NCBI GenBank assembly: GCA_038087875.1
Contig: CM075977.1
Location: 236,282,001 to 236,346,000 of the forward strand
DNA: 64,000 bases
From: Malacoraja senta
Taxonomy: Eukaryota
Direction: 5' to 3'
In this document: piece by piece, positions 10,753 to 23,020 of the stretch
How positions within the stretch are numbered: position 1 is the first letter of the stretch
How the letters are laid out: each line of letters starts with the position of its first letter
Translations under genes and position numbers: made by a program
Notes under the pieces: generated by a model
The model's database searches: none
What the model was told of the DNA's origin: nothing
The model's input: the letters and a program-made list of their open reading frames with translations, nothing else

Positions 10753-11678
10753 TTGAGTGAGGATTGTGACAGACAGAAGAAGCAGCTGTAATTTGTGACC
10801 GGTGTTGCGGTCAGACATGTGGGTGGTGCGTAGTCACATGCTAGTGGTGTTCAAAACAGAGTAAAACATATTATCTGTTAAAATGCGGGCGCCCAGGCCG
10901 TTGGGGTGAAGACCATCCTTCCTAAAGAATGATCGGCGGTTCCAGAAGAGATTAAAATTGTCAATAAAAGCTACGTTGTGGATTGTAGAAGTGGACTGCA
11001 GCCAGGTGTGGAGGCTCAGAGTGCGGCTAAAACGGCCCATGTCATGGAGTGGAAGTATGGGCCCGGAGATAAACATCTGTTTACGGTTGACCACGAGGGA
11101 GTCAAGGAGACTGCTGAAGTCCCGTTTTAGTATTTCAGAGCTCCGGCTGGGAATGTCGATGCAGCCGACATGGATGACGTCACGGGTGAGGGGGTGCTGG
11201 GCTTGGATGCTAGGATGCTGGGAATTTTGTCCAGGAGATCAGTCACCTTAGCGCCAGGAAAGCAAAAAGTCGCCGCTGATTTCCTCTTAACTTTCCTTAC
11301 AATTGAATCTCCAATGATGAGTGTGGTTGGAGGGGGAGTGGACGGCGGAGGAGTTTTCACCCGTGGTGACGGGGTGAATGGAGAAGGGCGGACAGTGAGG
11401 TGGGCAGGAGCCCGCCGCGGGGCTGGTGTAAATATCAGTGTGGAGTGGCGAGACCTGAGGCGAGAGTAGTGTTGAGGTATTGGTGATGGAATAATCGGAG
11501 GCGACAGTGAGCCGTGGGACCCATGGGACGACAAGGGAAGTGGAGAAGGAGGCCGGGACTCCGCAGCCAGAGGAGGGAAGTCATGCTGGTCGAGGATGTC
11601 ATATTTGTTCTCCAACTGTATGTTATTGTGAGGGGGTGCATGAGAGAAGTGCGGAGGTGCATGAGAGAGAGACACCAT

Positions 11679-13311
11679 TGCCTAAGGACATAGTCTTCAG
11701 GTTTCACTTTAGTTGGTGCTGCTAACAAAGGCATCTCACTATAGGCTGCTCCTATTCGACAATGGGATTCTTTCAAAGCTAGAATGTAGTCAGTCATCTC
11801 TGCAGTCACATGATGAACATTTATAACTTTCATTGCATTCTGGTTCCAAGGTGTTTTCTAGGGTCTACCATAAACTATTTCAGCTGGGCTCAGTCTAGAT
11901 TACCTACAGGCGTGACTCTCATCTGAAATAAAGCTATTGGGAGTAATTTAATCCAACCAAGTCCATTCTCCACCTTAGCTAATTTAGCTAATTTAGTTTT
12001 AAGGGTCTGATTTGCTCTTTCTACAAGTCCAGCAGCATGTGGTTGATAGGCACAGTGCAATTGCCGCTGGATCCCCAGCTGTTCACAAAATTCTTTATTG
12101 ATTTGTCCAATAAAGTGTGGACCGTTATCTGAACTAAATCGAATAGGGACACCGAATCTAGGGACAATTTCTCTCATTAACACCTTGACAACAGTAGCCG
12201 CTTTGTTATCAGGGGTTGGATAAGCTGCGATCCACTGGCTGAATATATTGACTATGACAAGAACGTATTTTTAACTTGGCACCTTTCTGTAATGTCTCAA
12301 ACGGACCTATAGGCAATGGTGTCTTTCACTCTTTATATCCTATTCCTTTCCCTGGATTGTATTTCTGGCAGGCCAAGCAATTACTGCTTAACTTCTGAGC
12401 TAAAGTTTTTAGTTTTTGGATGCCACCAAGTAGCCAAGAGAGTGTCCCCTACTGCCCTTACACCACAATGTGTTGCATATTGCATGCATTCTATAACCCA
12501 TACTGCCAATGAATCTGTCATGCAAGTCTGCCCTGCTGGAGTGGTCCATAGTCCAGTCATACAATCCAGTATACTCCCAAGTTGTCTCCATCGTTCTTTA
12601 TCCCTTTCGGTAGCCCCCTCCTGTAATTGAACAATTTCTTGGACGGTTGGCATCAGTCTTTCCGAGGGGGACTTGTTAGTTGAACTTTAATTTGCCTCAT
12701 CATCTTGGGTACCACCATCTTACATTCCCATGATACTTTTTTTGCTACTAAATAGGCATTACGATTCCAGATATTTACTGGAGTTTGTCCTTTAGTGTGG
12801 GCGCTACATTTCATAACAGAAATTTGTCTGGGCAGCATTAAGACATTTAATAAATCTGTCACCACTTGTTTATTTGAAATTTGGGTTCCTGCAGAAGTTA
12901 GAAATCCCCTATTTTTCCATAATTGTCCAAAAGCATGCACCACTTCAAATGCATACCAAAAATCAGTGTAAATATTTACTTTTAAATCTCCCCAGTAATA
13001 CAAGCTTGAATTAAAGCAATTAATTCTGCTTGCTGTGCTGAATACGGTGACTCAAAGGCAGCTGCTTCTACAATTTCCACTTCCTGATTAACAATTGCAT
13101 ACCCAGACAATCTCTCACCCCACGGTCCAATAGATGCACTCTCATCCACATATAATGTTATGTCAGAGTCCTCTATAGGTGCCTTCCTTAAGTCCTCTCT
13201 TACAGATGTCCTCTCATCCACAGCCTGTAATTTTCCACAGACAAATTTAAGCAAATCTTACAAATGCAGGGATCCTCCATTTTATAATGTCTTCAATTTG
13301 GTCAATATTAA
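11679..13311 (-). pseudogene. pol: Class I (gamma/epsilon-like) ERV pol remnant: RNase H + integrase
   Basis: RNase H LYVDESAS...SAQQAELIAL...NIYTD..YAF.VVH...W..RGFLTS.G...H; integrase EIVPRFGVP...SDNGPHF...GLVERANQTLK; multiple stops and frameshifts. Confidence 0.9.
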
Positions 13312-13379
13312 CAACTGGACCGATGGCTTCCCAGTAAGTCATGGTGAGGAACTGCATGATGGTAAGTTAATTTGATGTC

Positions 13380-13555
13380 AAGAGCTTGAGTGGCTCCTGT
13401 TAGAGATGACCATTGCCGAGCACTTGTTGGAGATGACCATTGCCTAGCATTTGTGTGGCATGAATATTCCTTGCCATCTATCAACCCATGCCTAAATGTT
13501 GGCTAGATCTTGCTGAATGCAGATGTGAACCATGTCGTTTTCCGAGGAGTTGTAT
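13380..13555 (-). mobile_element. Old CR1-group RT fragment
   Basis: QQDLANI*AWVDRWQGIFMPHKC*AMVISNK; contains a 27-bp tandem duplication. Confidence 0.65.
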
Positions 13556-14384
13556 AAATTCTATAGCTTTTTGTTTTGAGGGAGACCATCAGATACAATT
13601 TGTACTGTCAGTCTATGGACTTTGAATTCTACTCAACTGGACATTAGAACTCTTATTAATGAAATTATTTGATTTTGTTGATATTGCACTATTTATAAGA
13701 TTATAACAATTTTTCTTTTAGAAATTTTGAAGCAGATCATAAGACTTGCATTTTAATTTAAAATCTGTGCAGTCGTTAAATTTAAGTAAAGCTGGTGAAG
13801 CAGAACTGTAGGCTCTGCTAATATATTAGTTACCTGTTCTTATTTGGACTGCATCCTTATCACCATGGTTACTGATGCTGTAGACTACCTTTCAATGAAC
13901 AAACCCTACACTAGCTCTATTTGCAATTCTTCACTACACACAGTTTTTCTGAGTATAATGTGGCTAAGGACTGTGCTAAAATGTGTGAACATATTTGATG
14001 TCCTGTGTATCATCTTGACAAATACGTGACATTATATTGCACCGTTATGCTCATCTTTCTCTCTTTTCTGTGTGTATGTGTAAATTTACAAAAGACATGC
14101 CATTGTTGTTTGATGCTTTTATTTTCTGACAGTCTGCTCTGTATTTTTATCATGCAGTTTATTATGCATTATGCAGTTTTAAAATTAATTCTGCCCAATG
14201 CAGCATTTCATATTTTTCTGCAAAATAATTGTTTCGTTTCATAGTTATGACTAAAGTGGGATGCTGAAATTACGATAACAATTTGTGGAAAGATAACCTT
14301 GTCATTTTTAGGCTTTTATTGGTATTCTTTTTGATTTTACTATACTTCAGCTTACATTGGGTCTGTCTACGATATCATGTCATT

Positions 14385-14670
14385 CTATCATACAGCATAG
14401 AAACTGTCCCTCCAGTCCATCATACCCATACTGACCATCAAGAACTCATATATACTAATCCTATTTATTAGCAGTTTGTCTTGGTCTTCTATCCTTTTAA
14501 TGCAACACTGCTGATAAAGTAGAAGTATAACTTTTAGAAGGGGGGGGGGGGTAGTTGATGCCAGTGTGGATAGAAATTGGAGAAAAAGGATTAATGTATG
14601 AATAGTGTAAATAAATGCAGTGGGCAAAGTGCCAGTTTCCATACTGTCTCTATAGCTATGACTCTATGAA
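14385..14670. mobile_element. Two opposed decayed CR1/SINE tails
   Basis: Minus tail CAGCATAGAAACTG... and plus tail ...GTTTCCATACTG...CTATGACTCTATGA. Confidence 0.4.
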
Positions 14671-14899
14671 AACGTATGCCCAGAACAACCCACAGTACTT
14701 CTGATTGGTTTAACCAGGGTCTCGTATAGCTATTGCATAACTTTTGTACGATCTATTTTGTATTTAGCACCAGAGATACAATTGCTAGCATTTATGAATC
14801 TTTAAAAAAATGTAGTACTTACAGTACCCCTTAATATAAACTGTGCTCATGGAGTCCTAATCTCTTTTGAATCTCTGTTTTTTAATTTTAATCCTTTGG

Positions 14900-16330
14900 G
14901 AAGTTCTCCTTTGTTTAGGTTCAAAGTACACATTAGCAAACATAGAAACCCATTTGTCAGTTTTCCCCATTCACTTTAATATTTTTTGTTTATTAGTTCC
15001 AAATGCAATATTTATAGCATTACCAATCTTTGCATTTATGATAAACAAGCATAGGTGATTTTCCATCTTATCATCTAAGTCATTAAAAATTGCCATGAAT
15101 GGCTATAGACCAAGCCCAGATTTTTGCAGACTATTATTTGCTAAATCCTGACAATTGACATACTTTCCCATAATTCCTAGTTATTTCTTTAGTTAAAAAA
15201 TGTGCCTTCATTTATATAAGCATCAATGTTGGTGACCAACCTCTCATTAGAGACTTACAAATTATCTTTTGGCAGTCCACATAATTAACATCCATAGAAA
15301 TAGCCCTCATTAAGTGAATCATGGTTGATTATTCCCTTACTAACTTTTCAGGCTGAAACTGTCCCTGTGTGTTCAGCCATTCTATTCCACGTAAACTCTA
15401 ATTTCCCATAAAGGATGTAAGATTTCCCTTTCATTTTATTCAATGATAGGGTGACATGCAATCTGCCTATCTAAGGGAACATTTCCTAAATCAAGAGAGT
15501 TTTGGAAGAATAGTTTTGTAATGTTCTCATCTACTTGGTTTCTACCCAAGGGCTTTACGCCATCAACCTCTGGGGAACTCTTAATTATTTTCATTTTGCT
15601 TTCATTTCTGTTATGCCTATGTTGACTCTGGTTCATCATTACTCCTAGTTCATTATTACTTTGTATGGGACGACCAATTTATTGTACTTTTCCTTTGCTC
15701 TAAATAAGTTCAAATAAATTTTCATTTCTATTTGCAGTATTATCAATAGTTTTCACATTGGTTCTTCCCACTATCTTTTGATTCTAACAAAATTATAAAA
15801 TTAATTCAATGAATGTTAGGGATTACATAAAAGTTCCTTCTCATAATCCCTTTTTATTGTTCTTTTTATCTGTTTGATAATGTTTTATATTTTTCTTTGT
15901 ATATTTCCCACTTTCTAGGATTTGAATTACATTTTGCACTTTTGTTTGGACTTCCTTTTATTTTACACCCTAACCTTAATAATCTATGGCTTTTTGGGGG
16001 GCATGTAGAGCTCTGGCTTCTTCAGAAAGAATTTGGTTCTGCATTTCTTTTAAGTTTTTGAATTTATGCCACCAATCTTATGTTTTATCAATCTGTCCAA
16101 GTTATTGTGAATATTCACATTAATGCCAGCATTAATTAAATCTAGAAAACCTAAAAGCACTTTTATGTTTCTCTCTTGTGGTTGCTGTTGCTAATACATT
16201 GTAATCACTATTAAATAAATATTAGTGGCTCAGGTGGCTGGTTCCCCTGTTTGGCTGGGACAAATTGTTGCAATTTGTGGAACTAACCCGAGCAGAAAAT
16301 AGCTTGCTAAGATATTCAATTGTACAATGA
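14900..16330 (-). mobile_element. Ancient, highly decayed CR1 ORF2
   Basis: KSSPEVDGVKP (for KSPGPDG.HP), FQNSLDLGNVPLDRQIA.V.P, and NDLDD-like remnants. Confidence 0.55.
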
Positions 16331-16428
16331 GTTTTTTAATCAGCGTTCTGATGAAAATCATTTATTTTGTGTGAAGGGTAACAGTAGCTAATAATGTTAC
16401 TTCAGAAGCTTGACTAGGTGCTTATAAA

Positions 16429-16529
16429 GGTAGACACAAAATGCTGGAGTAACTCAGCAGGACAGGCAGCATCTCTGGAGAGAAGGAATTGGTGACGTTT
16501 CGAGTCGAGACCCTTCTTCAGACTAAAGA
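16429..16529 (-). mobile_element. Penelope pLTR unit with intact minimal hammerhead motif
   Basis: Minus strand AGT-CTGAAGA-A-GGGT-CTCG-ACTC-GAAA-CGTC-ACC (16491-16524); direct repeat TGCTTATAAA at 16419-16428 and 16530-16539. Confidence 0.8.
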
Positions 16530-17807
16530 TGCTTATAAACTTAGTTTGTTGAAGATACTTACAGTAGGTGCTTATAAACATGAGCCACTCCTGTGCTCCA
16601 TATGTCCAGTGTCAGCCAAACAAGATGCATTATTATTCCCAAGTAATAATGGAGCAATATGGGGAGCATCATTGGTTACTCCCAGAAACCAGGATTTTGT
16701 TCACATTGCTGTGTTGGTACTTTTGCAAGGGAAGTCCCATATTTACCCTGGATCTGTCACACTTCACGGCATCCTCTTCCCAACTATCCACCTCTCTGAC
16801 CTTAGTCATTGAAGGAACCATGCCCCGGATCTTCAGATCCTTTCAGATCTCAGCTCTTCCTCCCATCTCTAACTATGTCTCCAATCAGACGTACAGGTAA
16901 AGGAATTGCAAATTATTAGAAAATAATTCTTAGAAAGAACAGAAATATGTTCTGTTCTTTCCAAGAACAGGATTGTGGGATGGTACTCCGAAAGAATTGA
17001 ACAGTTTTGGTGGGCCAAATAGCAGCTTCCTATGATGATTCCTTTTCATTCCAAATGATTTTTTGACATATTAAATGGAAAATTTGGAGACTGTATTGCT
17101 TTTGAAAGTCTGATGGCATTCTAATAGATTGACAGAATGCAAAATCTCATAGAACGTGATCATTTGAAGATACTTTCTTCCAATGTAGTTTCATAAGTCC
17201 ATTGAAGTAGTTATAGTCTGTTAAGCACCAGGTAGTAAAAGCATTAGTGAATACCGATGAAAGTGAAACGTTGTTTGTTGCTAAGAAACTGTTTAAAATA
17301 TTTGAATTGTGGAATTTGCTTAGAATTTGGAATTTAGGATATTCTGAGCTGGTAGATGCCTACGAAAATAGAATTGTTATGCTTCTGAACCTGTTTGACT
17401 CCACCTATTATAATAAGTTGTGTCTTAAGTATTTGTTGTACAAGCATTTCTTTGATAATATTCCTGAGACCAAACCAGACCTGGCTACCGGCAAGTTACG
17501 TTTACTCAGTGTTATGATTTAGGCAGATTGCTTGTGAACATCAAATTTAGGTTATACTTTTAAGTTATTATTTCAAACCCTATTGTTAAGAAAGCCAGTT
17601 TAATTGCACTGAAAGTAATGAAAAAGATTTTGAAAGACTGCAAAATGTTAGCTGTTTCTTCTTGCAATCATTCATTGCCACTTGCACTAATGTGAATAGG
17701 CTGGATTTACATTCCTTTGATAGGGTTTATACTATGAAACATCAATCATGGAAGTTTTAACAACAGTACCGAGCACATTTTCTTTTTGTGCGTCTGGAAT
17801 TGAGCAT

Positions 17808-18012
17808 TAGGATTGATTAAACCCCCTGAGACTGATGGGATTTATCCAAGGTTATTGAGAAAGGCAAAAGAGTTGATGGCTGGGACCTTCATGAAGAACT
17901 TTGTATCCTCTCTAGCTGGACTGGAGAGTAGCTACTATTGTTCCTTTGATTCAAGCAACAATAATCCAGAAATTATAGACTGGTGAACCTTGCAACAGTA
18001 GTGGTGAAGCTA
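17808..18012 (+). mobile_element. CR1 RT N-terminal fragment
   Basis: Decayed DGIYPRLLR...WRVA.IVPL...NPENYRLVNL..VVVKL. Confidence 0.7.
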
Positions 18013-18019
18013 AAAGGAA

Positions 18020-18315
18020 GGTGACGGCACAGTGGCATAGAGCCTTACACCGACAGAGACCCGGGTTCGATCCTGACCACGGATGCTTGTCTGTACGGAG
18101 TTTGTACATTCTTCTCGTGACCTGAGTGGGTTTTCTCCGAGATCATCGGCTTCTTCCCACACAGCAAAGACTTCCAGGTTTGTAGGTTAGTTGGCTTGGA
18201 GTAAATGTAAATTTGTCCCTAGAGTGTGTAGTGTTGTGTTAATGTGTGGGGATTGCCGGTCAGTGCAGACTCAGTGGGCCAAAGGGCCTGTATCTCTAAA
18301 ATAAAATCTATCTAA
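18020..18315 (+). mobile_element. HE1-type V-SINE
   Basis: GGCACAGTGG...GGTTCGATCC...CCCACACAGCAAAGAC...GGGCCAAAGGGCCTG. Confidence 0.85.
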
Positions 18316-18760
18316 AAAAACTGTGAGATTATAAAATGGCTATCTCCTTCCAAAATACACAGCTCTTCTTTCACCACTGCAAAATGCCTTTTTCTCTACA
18401 AGGCTCTACAAGAGGACTACTGCAGTTGGAAAATGAGAGCTAGCACCACTTGTAAAAATTTGCCTTATGTTGCATACACCAAAATGTGCGATGTTGTTAT
18501 CAATGAATGTTAAACTCTGCCTTTGAAACTCTACATGTCCATCGCTTAAGAGAGGACATATTTCTACTCTGCATTTATAAGCACATTTTAAGTGAGATTT
18601 GAATGTGACCTTGTCAGGATTATTCTCATTTCAAAATTGTATTTTTTTTTTAAAACACAGGTTGGTAGCAATAATTAGTTTTTGTGCTTGTGTCTACTTG
18701 TTACATAATTTGGAATTGTATTAACTCTTTAATGATGGTAGTATTCAAAATAATTACATT

Positions 18761-20447
18761 TGAGAGAGATATCCAGGGACACTTCTGCTTACAGTGCGGC
18801 CAAGTCGAACCTGAACAGAGGCATAAAAAAGGCCAAAGACATCCACAGGCAAAGGGTAGAAGACCACTTCAACACCGCGGACACCAGAAGCATGTGGCAG
18901 GGTGTCCGGGACATCACCGACTACAAGAGCAGCCCCGCCTGCCCCCACGGTGATATCACACTGGCCAACGAACTAAACACCTTCTTTGCCCGGTTCGAAA
19001 CTGGCAACACCACCAGGAGTGGAATAACCCCGGCCATGGCGGAGGGACAGGCCTTAACACTGAGCACCCAGGAGGTACAGTGCGCTCTGCGTAGGATCAA
19101 TCCACGCAAGGCTGCAGGCCCGGATGGAGTCCAGGGAAGGGTACTAAAGGACTGTGCTGTGCAGCTGGCGGAGGTTGTCCTAACTCCAATCCCAATGAAG
19201 TGCTTCGAAAGGCTGGTCCTCTCCCATATCAAATCCAGCATCCCTGCCTCACTGGACTCCCATCAATTTGCATACAGGGCAAATAGATCAACAGAGGATG
19301 CCATCTCTCTGGCTCTTCACACTGTCCTGACTCACCTGGACAGACAGGGCATGTATGTGAGGATGCTCTTCATTGACTATAGCTCTGCATTCAATACGGT
19401 CATCCCCACCAAGCTCACCATCAAACTCCACCAGCTAGGCCTCAGCTCGCCGATTATGCGATTGGATCCTGAACTTTCTGACGGAGCGACCGCAGGCAGT
19501 GAGACTGGGCCCGCACCTGTCCTCCACTATCACCCTGAGCACCGGCACACCACAGGGCTGTGTACTAAGCCCCATGCTGTACTCCCTCTTCACTCACGAC
19601 TGTGTCCCTGCATTCGACACCAACACCATCGTGAAGTTTGCAGACGACACAACAGTGATTGGGCTGATCACCAACGGTGATGAAACAAAATACAGAGCGG
19701 AGGTGCAGAACCTGGCGGACTGGTGCGCTCATAACAACTTGTCACTAAACACCTCCAAGACCAAGGAGCTGATTATTGACTTCAGGAGGTCCCATAATGG
19801 AGAATACGCCCCAATCTCCATTTACGGGGAAAGTGTGGAGAGAGTGTCCAGCTTTAAGTTTCTGGGCACTCACATTTCAGAGGACCTCACATGGTCCACC
19901 AACACCGCTGCGCTGGTCAAGAAGGCACAGCAACGACTGTTCTTCCTGAGGACATTAAAAAAAACTGGTCTGCCCCAACAGCTGCTGACAACGTTCTACC
20001 GCTGCACCACAGAGAGCATATTAACGTATGGCATCTCTGTGTGGTATCTCAGCTGCACGGAGGCGGAGAGGAGAGCTCTTCAGCGCATCGTCCACAGGGC
20101 GCAGAGGATCATTGGGACAGAGCTACCAGCCTTGGAGGGCATCTACCACACACGGTGCTTCAGGAAGGCCGTCAGCATCCATAAGGACTCATCACACCCT
20201 TGTAACGGACTGTTTGAACTACTTCCCTCCGGCAGACGTTACAAGGCCTTCTACGCCCGAACCTCCAGACTCAGAAACAGCTTTATTCCAAGAGCTATAG
20301 CGGCTCTGAACTGGCCCTGCTGAGTGCCCCCCCACCCACCCCCCCTGGACAGTCTCCCTCGGATGGTCACGTCACTCAGCTTGCTTATTTATTTATTTTA
20401 CTTTTCTTGTACATCGGTGGAGCTGCATACTAAATCTCAATAAAAGA

Positions 20448-20493
<46 letters not shown>

Positions 20494-20497
20494 TGTT
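18761..20497 (+). mobile_element. Rex1/Babar LINE, 5'-truncated (RT + C-terminal domain), one frameshift and one internal deletion
   Basis: ORFs 18760-19680 and 19499-20323: [37 protein letters not shown]; (ATT)n tail; 10-bp TSD TAATTACATT (18751-18760 / 20498-20507). Confidence 0.95.
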
Positions 20498-21559
20498 TAA
20501 TTACATTGTGCTCTACCACTACTGGATTAGACCCATGAGGAATAGCCGGCTGCACGCATTAATCTCTAGTCTGCCTTGGTTAGCAATAAGGCGTGATGCA
20601 ATTAGCCTTAATATTCTCAGGCAATGAGTAATAAAAACATTTATCCATTCTGCTCCTGTGTTATTAGATGGACATTTTGTGGGTTATAATGTGAGAATCA
20701 GCATTGGTCTCTCCCACCAATAGTTTGATGGCCATCTGGCATTCAGCTCTGGTTGACATGTAAGTAAGAAAGCTGATATCATGTTTAAAATGTACCCCAG
20801 AATTAGCTAGCGTGAGAAGTGATGAAATTCCAGAATGAAATAGGTAAATGTATTGCAAATGACATTTACCTGGAAATATTTGAAAATCCTGAATTTTTGC
20901 TCTTTTTTTCTATATATTTTTCAATGCACAGTGGTTGGGGATCTTTCACGATGACAACAGTTTCTGTAACTCAGACTGCCATACTGTCAATTAAATAAAT
21001 AATTTTCAAGAAAGGGCGATGTCTTTAGTTTTTCTAGAGTGAGAATATTTTCATTGGGAAATTAGTTTGATTTATTCAATTATTTTGTATGTAATCATTG
21101 ATACGGATCTTGCTTTGTTGACTGTTACATTAAGTCTATCTTCTTCCATTTCAATAGTGATGAAATGAAATGAAATTCAACTCGGCTGAACTGTTCTCGT
21201 TCGCACAAAATACTTCCTTCTATTTTGAAAAGGAAGGTGTTTTGAAAACTAGGAAATCAACGACTAAATGGAGAAGACATCAAGGTTAAGTTCAAATTAT
21301 TTTGTCATCTTTAAGTTGATAAAAGTGGACTTGAAATTATTACCCATAATTTCAGCAGAAAACGTGAATTTTCCGTGTGACCTCTGTTTCATGTGACCTC
21401 TGTTTTTGATTAGAATGATGTAGGGGTGTAGAATTCATGACAATGTCTTCTTGATTGCTCAGTCAATTTAAAAATATTATCACAAGCTCTATCATGTAAC
21501 AAATAAACTATCTTTACAATTTTATTTTAATATTTGCTAACATATCACATTTGTAGATA

Positions 21560-21687
21560 TATGGGATATGGGGAGAAAGCAAGAACGGGCTACTGATTGA
21601 GGATGATCAGCCATGATCATATTGCATGGCGGTGCTGACTCGAAGAACCGAATGGCCTACTCCTGCACCTATTTTCTATGTTTCTAA
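21560..21687 (+). mobile_element. CR1 3' tail
   Basis: GGGATATGGGGAGAAAGC...CTCCTGCACCTATTTTCTATGTTTC. Confidence 0.85.
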
Positions 21688-21984
21688 ATGTTTACATTGG
21701 TTCATAATTGTTGGCACATTAATATCACATTGATGGGAAATTGTACAACATTTTTTCATAATCGAAATCAATATTTAACTTTCTAAATTACTGACTAATA
21801 GAATGGAGTTCTTGCTTTGGTGCTTGCATCAGTCTTGTTGTCTATTCATAATGTAACTGGTAGACAATAATATAGTATCAGTGAAGATGTATGAAATGTT
21901 CCTTTAACCACAAATAATTGATCATACTGTTAAACCTGCAATATCAACAAATAAGTAAAGCAGTTTAAGCTTTAATTTTGAAAA

Positions 21985-22075
21985 GCAAAGATTGCTGGAT
22001 ACTGGAAGTCTGAAATGAAAACTGAAAATATTCTGCAGGTTAAGCAGCTTCCATGGAGAGAAAAACACATTTTCT
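21985..22075 (-). mobile_element. Decayed Penelope terminus (similar remnants at 23485-23560, 39770-39850, 45095-45190)
   Basis: GGAAGTCTGAAATGAAAACTGAAAAT...GCAGGT..GCAGC...TGGAGAGA pattern. Confidence 0.45.
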
Positions 22076-22227
22076 CAATGATTTAATCTTTCCACTGGAA
22101 TTGGCCACCCCTTTTGTATACATGAGCAAGATGTGGGAAATATTCAGTTGAGATGCAGTGGAATAGACCTGTGACTTTGTAATCAATTCTGGGGAAAGAT
22201 TTTCGAAACAAATCTTGTTTTTGTAGT

Positions 22228-23020
22228 ATAATGTGCAGTTCTGGTTGCCCCTTTGCAGGGAGGATATGGAGGTTTTGGAGAGGATGTAGAGAAGGTTTAC
22301 CATAATTATGCCTATAGGAGGTGGTACAAGCTACAGGGAGAGGTTGGATAGACTTATTTTTCTTGGAACATCAGAGGTTAAAGGGAGACGCAATGGAAGT
22401 ATATAAAATTATGAGAGGCATTGATAGGGTAGACAGTCAGAACCTTTTTCCCAGAAATATCAAATACTATTTTGAATAAGGTGAAAGAAGCAACATTTAA
22501 AGGAGATGCGTAGGACAAGTTTTTTGTTTTTGTTTTTTTGGGGCACAGTCAGTGGTGAGGGTCTGGAATGCTCTGCCAGGGGTGGTGGTGGCAGCACATA
22601 CAATAACAGTATTTAAGAGACTTTTGGATAGGCACATGGAGATGCAAGGGAATGGAGGAATATGGATTATGTGCAGGCAGATAAGAGTTGGTCTTGGCAT
22701 TATGTTTGGCACAATCATTGTGGCAAACATGATGCCATTGTGACTGCGAACTGGGATCGGGCAGTCAAGGGTGACAATGCGCAAACGGGGCTACATCGAG
22801 GGTACAACAACCTGTGTCTGTGGCACACAGACCCAGACAATGCAACATCTACTGCAATGCCCATTGCTGGATAATCCATGTACTACTGCAAACCTTGCAC
22901 ATAACACTCCAACAATATGTACAGCAGTGGCGAGCCACTATATAACATAAGGACACGAACGAAGAAGAAGATTGTGGGCTGAAGGGCCTGTTGCAGTGAT
23001 GTACTGTTTTATGTATTATG
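22228..23020 (+). mobile_element. CR1 3' fragment interrupted by a Vingi-like insertion
   Basis: C-terminal CR1 motifs (VQFWLP, VVRVWNALP) and 3' UTR. Confidence 0.8.
22724..22970 (+). mobile_element. Vingi/Ingi-like LINE 3' end
   Basis: LRTGIG.SRVTMRK.GY...CVCGTQTQTMQHLLQC (CCHC finger), tail GGACACGAACGAAGAAGAAG, TSD ATTGTGG (22717-22723 / 22971-22977). Confidence 0.7.

Larger units (their letters stand above)
8735..11678 (-). mobile_element. L2-clade LINE 5' half (SGNH-esterase ORF1 + APE endonuclease), RT missing; three nested insertions
   Basis: ORF1 TLIIGDSIVRKV...FCFPGA...FISGPILP...DGLHPN; ORF2 YNIRSITNK...DF, LYRPPK, MGDFNVH, H..DLV, and LDSLAPLKTR...APWYT...LERL at 8735-8920. Confidence 0.85.

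Noticed and set aside
16568-16900. 110-aa ORF ending at a donor-like CAG|GTAAAG as a host exon
   Set aside because: No recognisable protein in any frame, no convincing acceptor, no partner exons.
17247-17522. 91-aa AT-rich ORF
   Set aside because: No motif, non-ATG start, length expected by chance.
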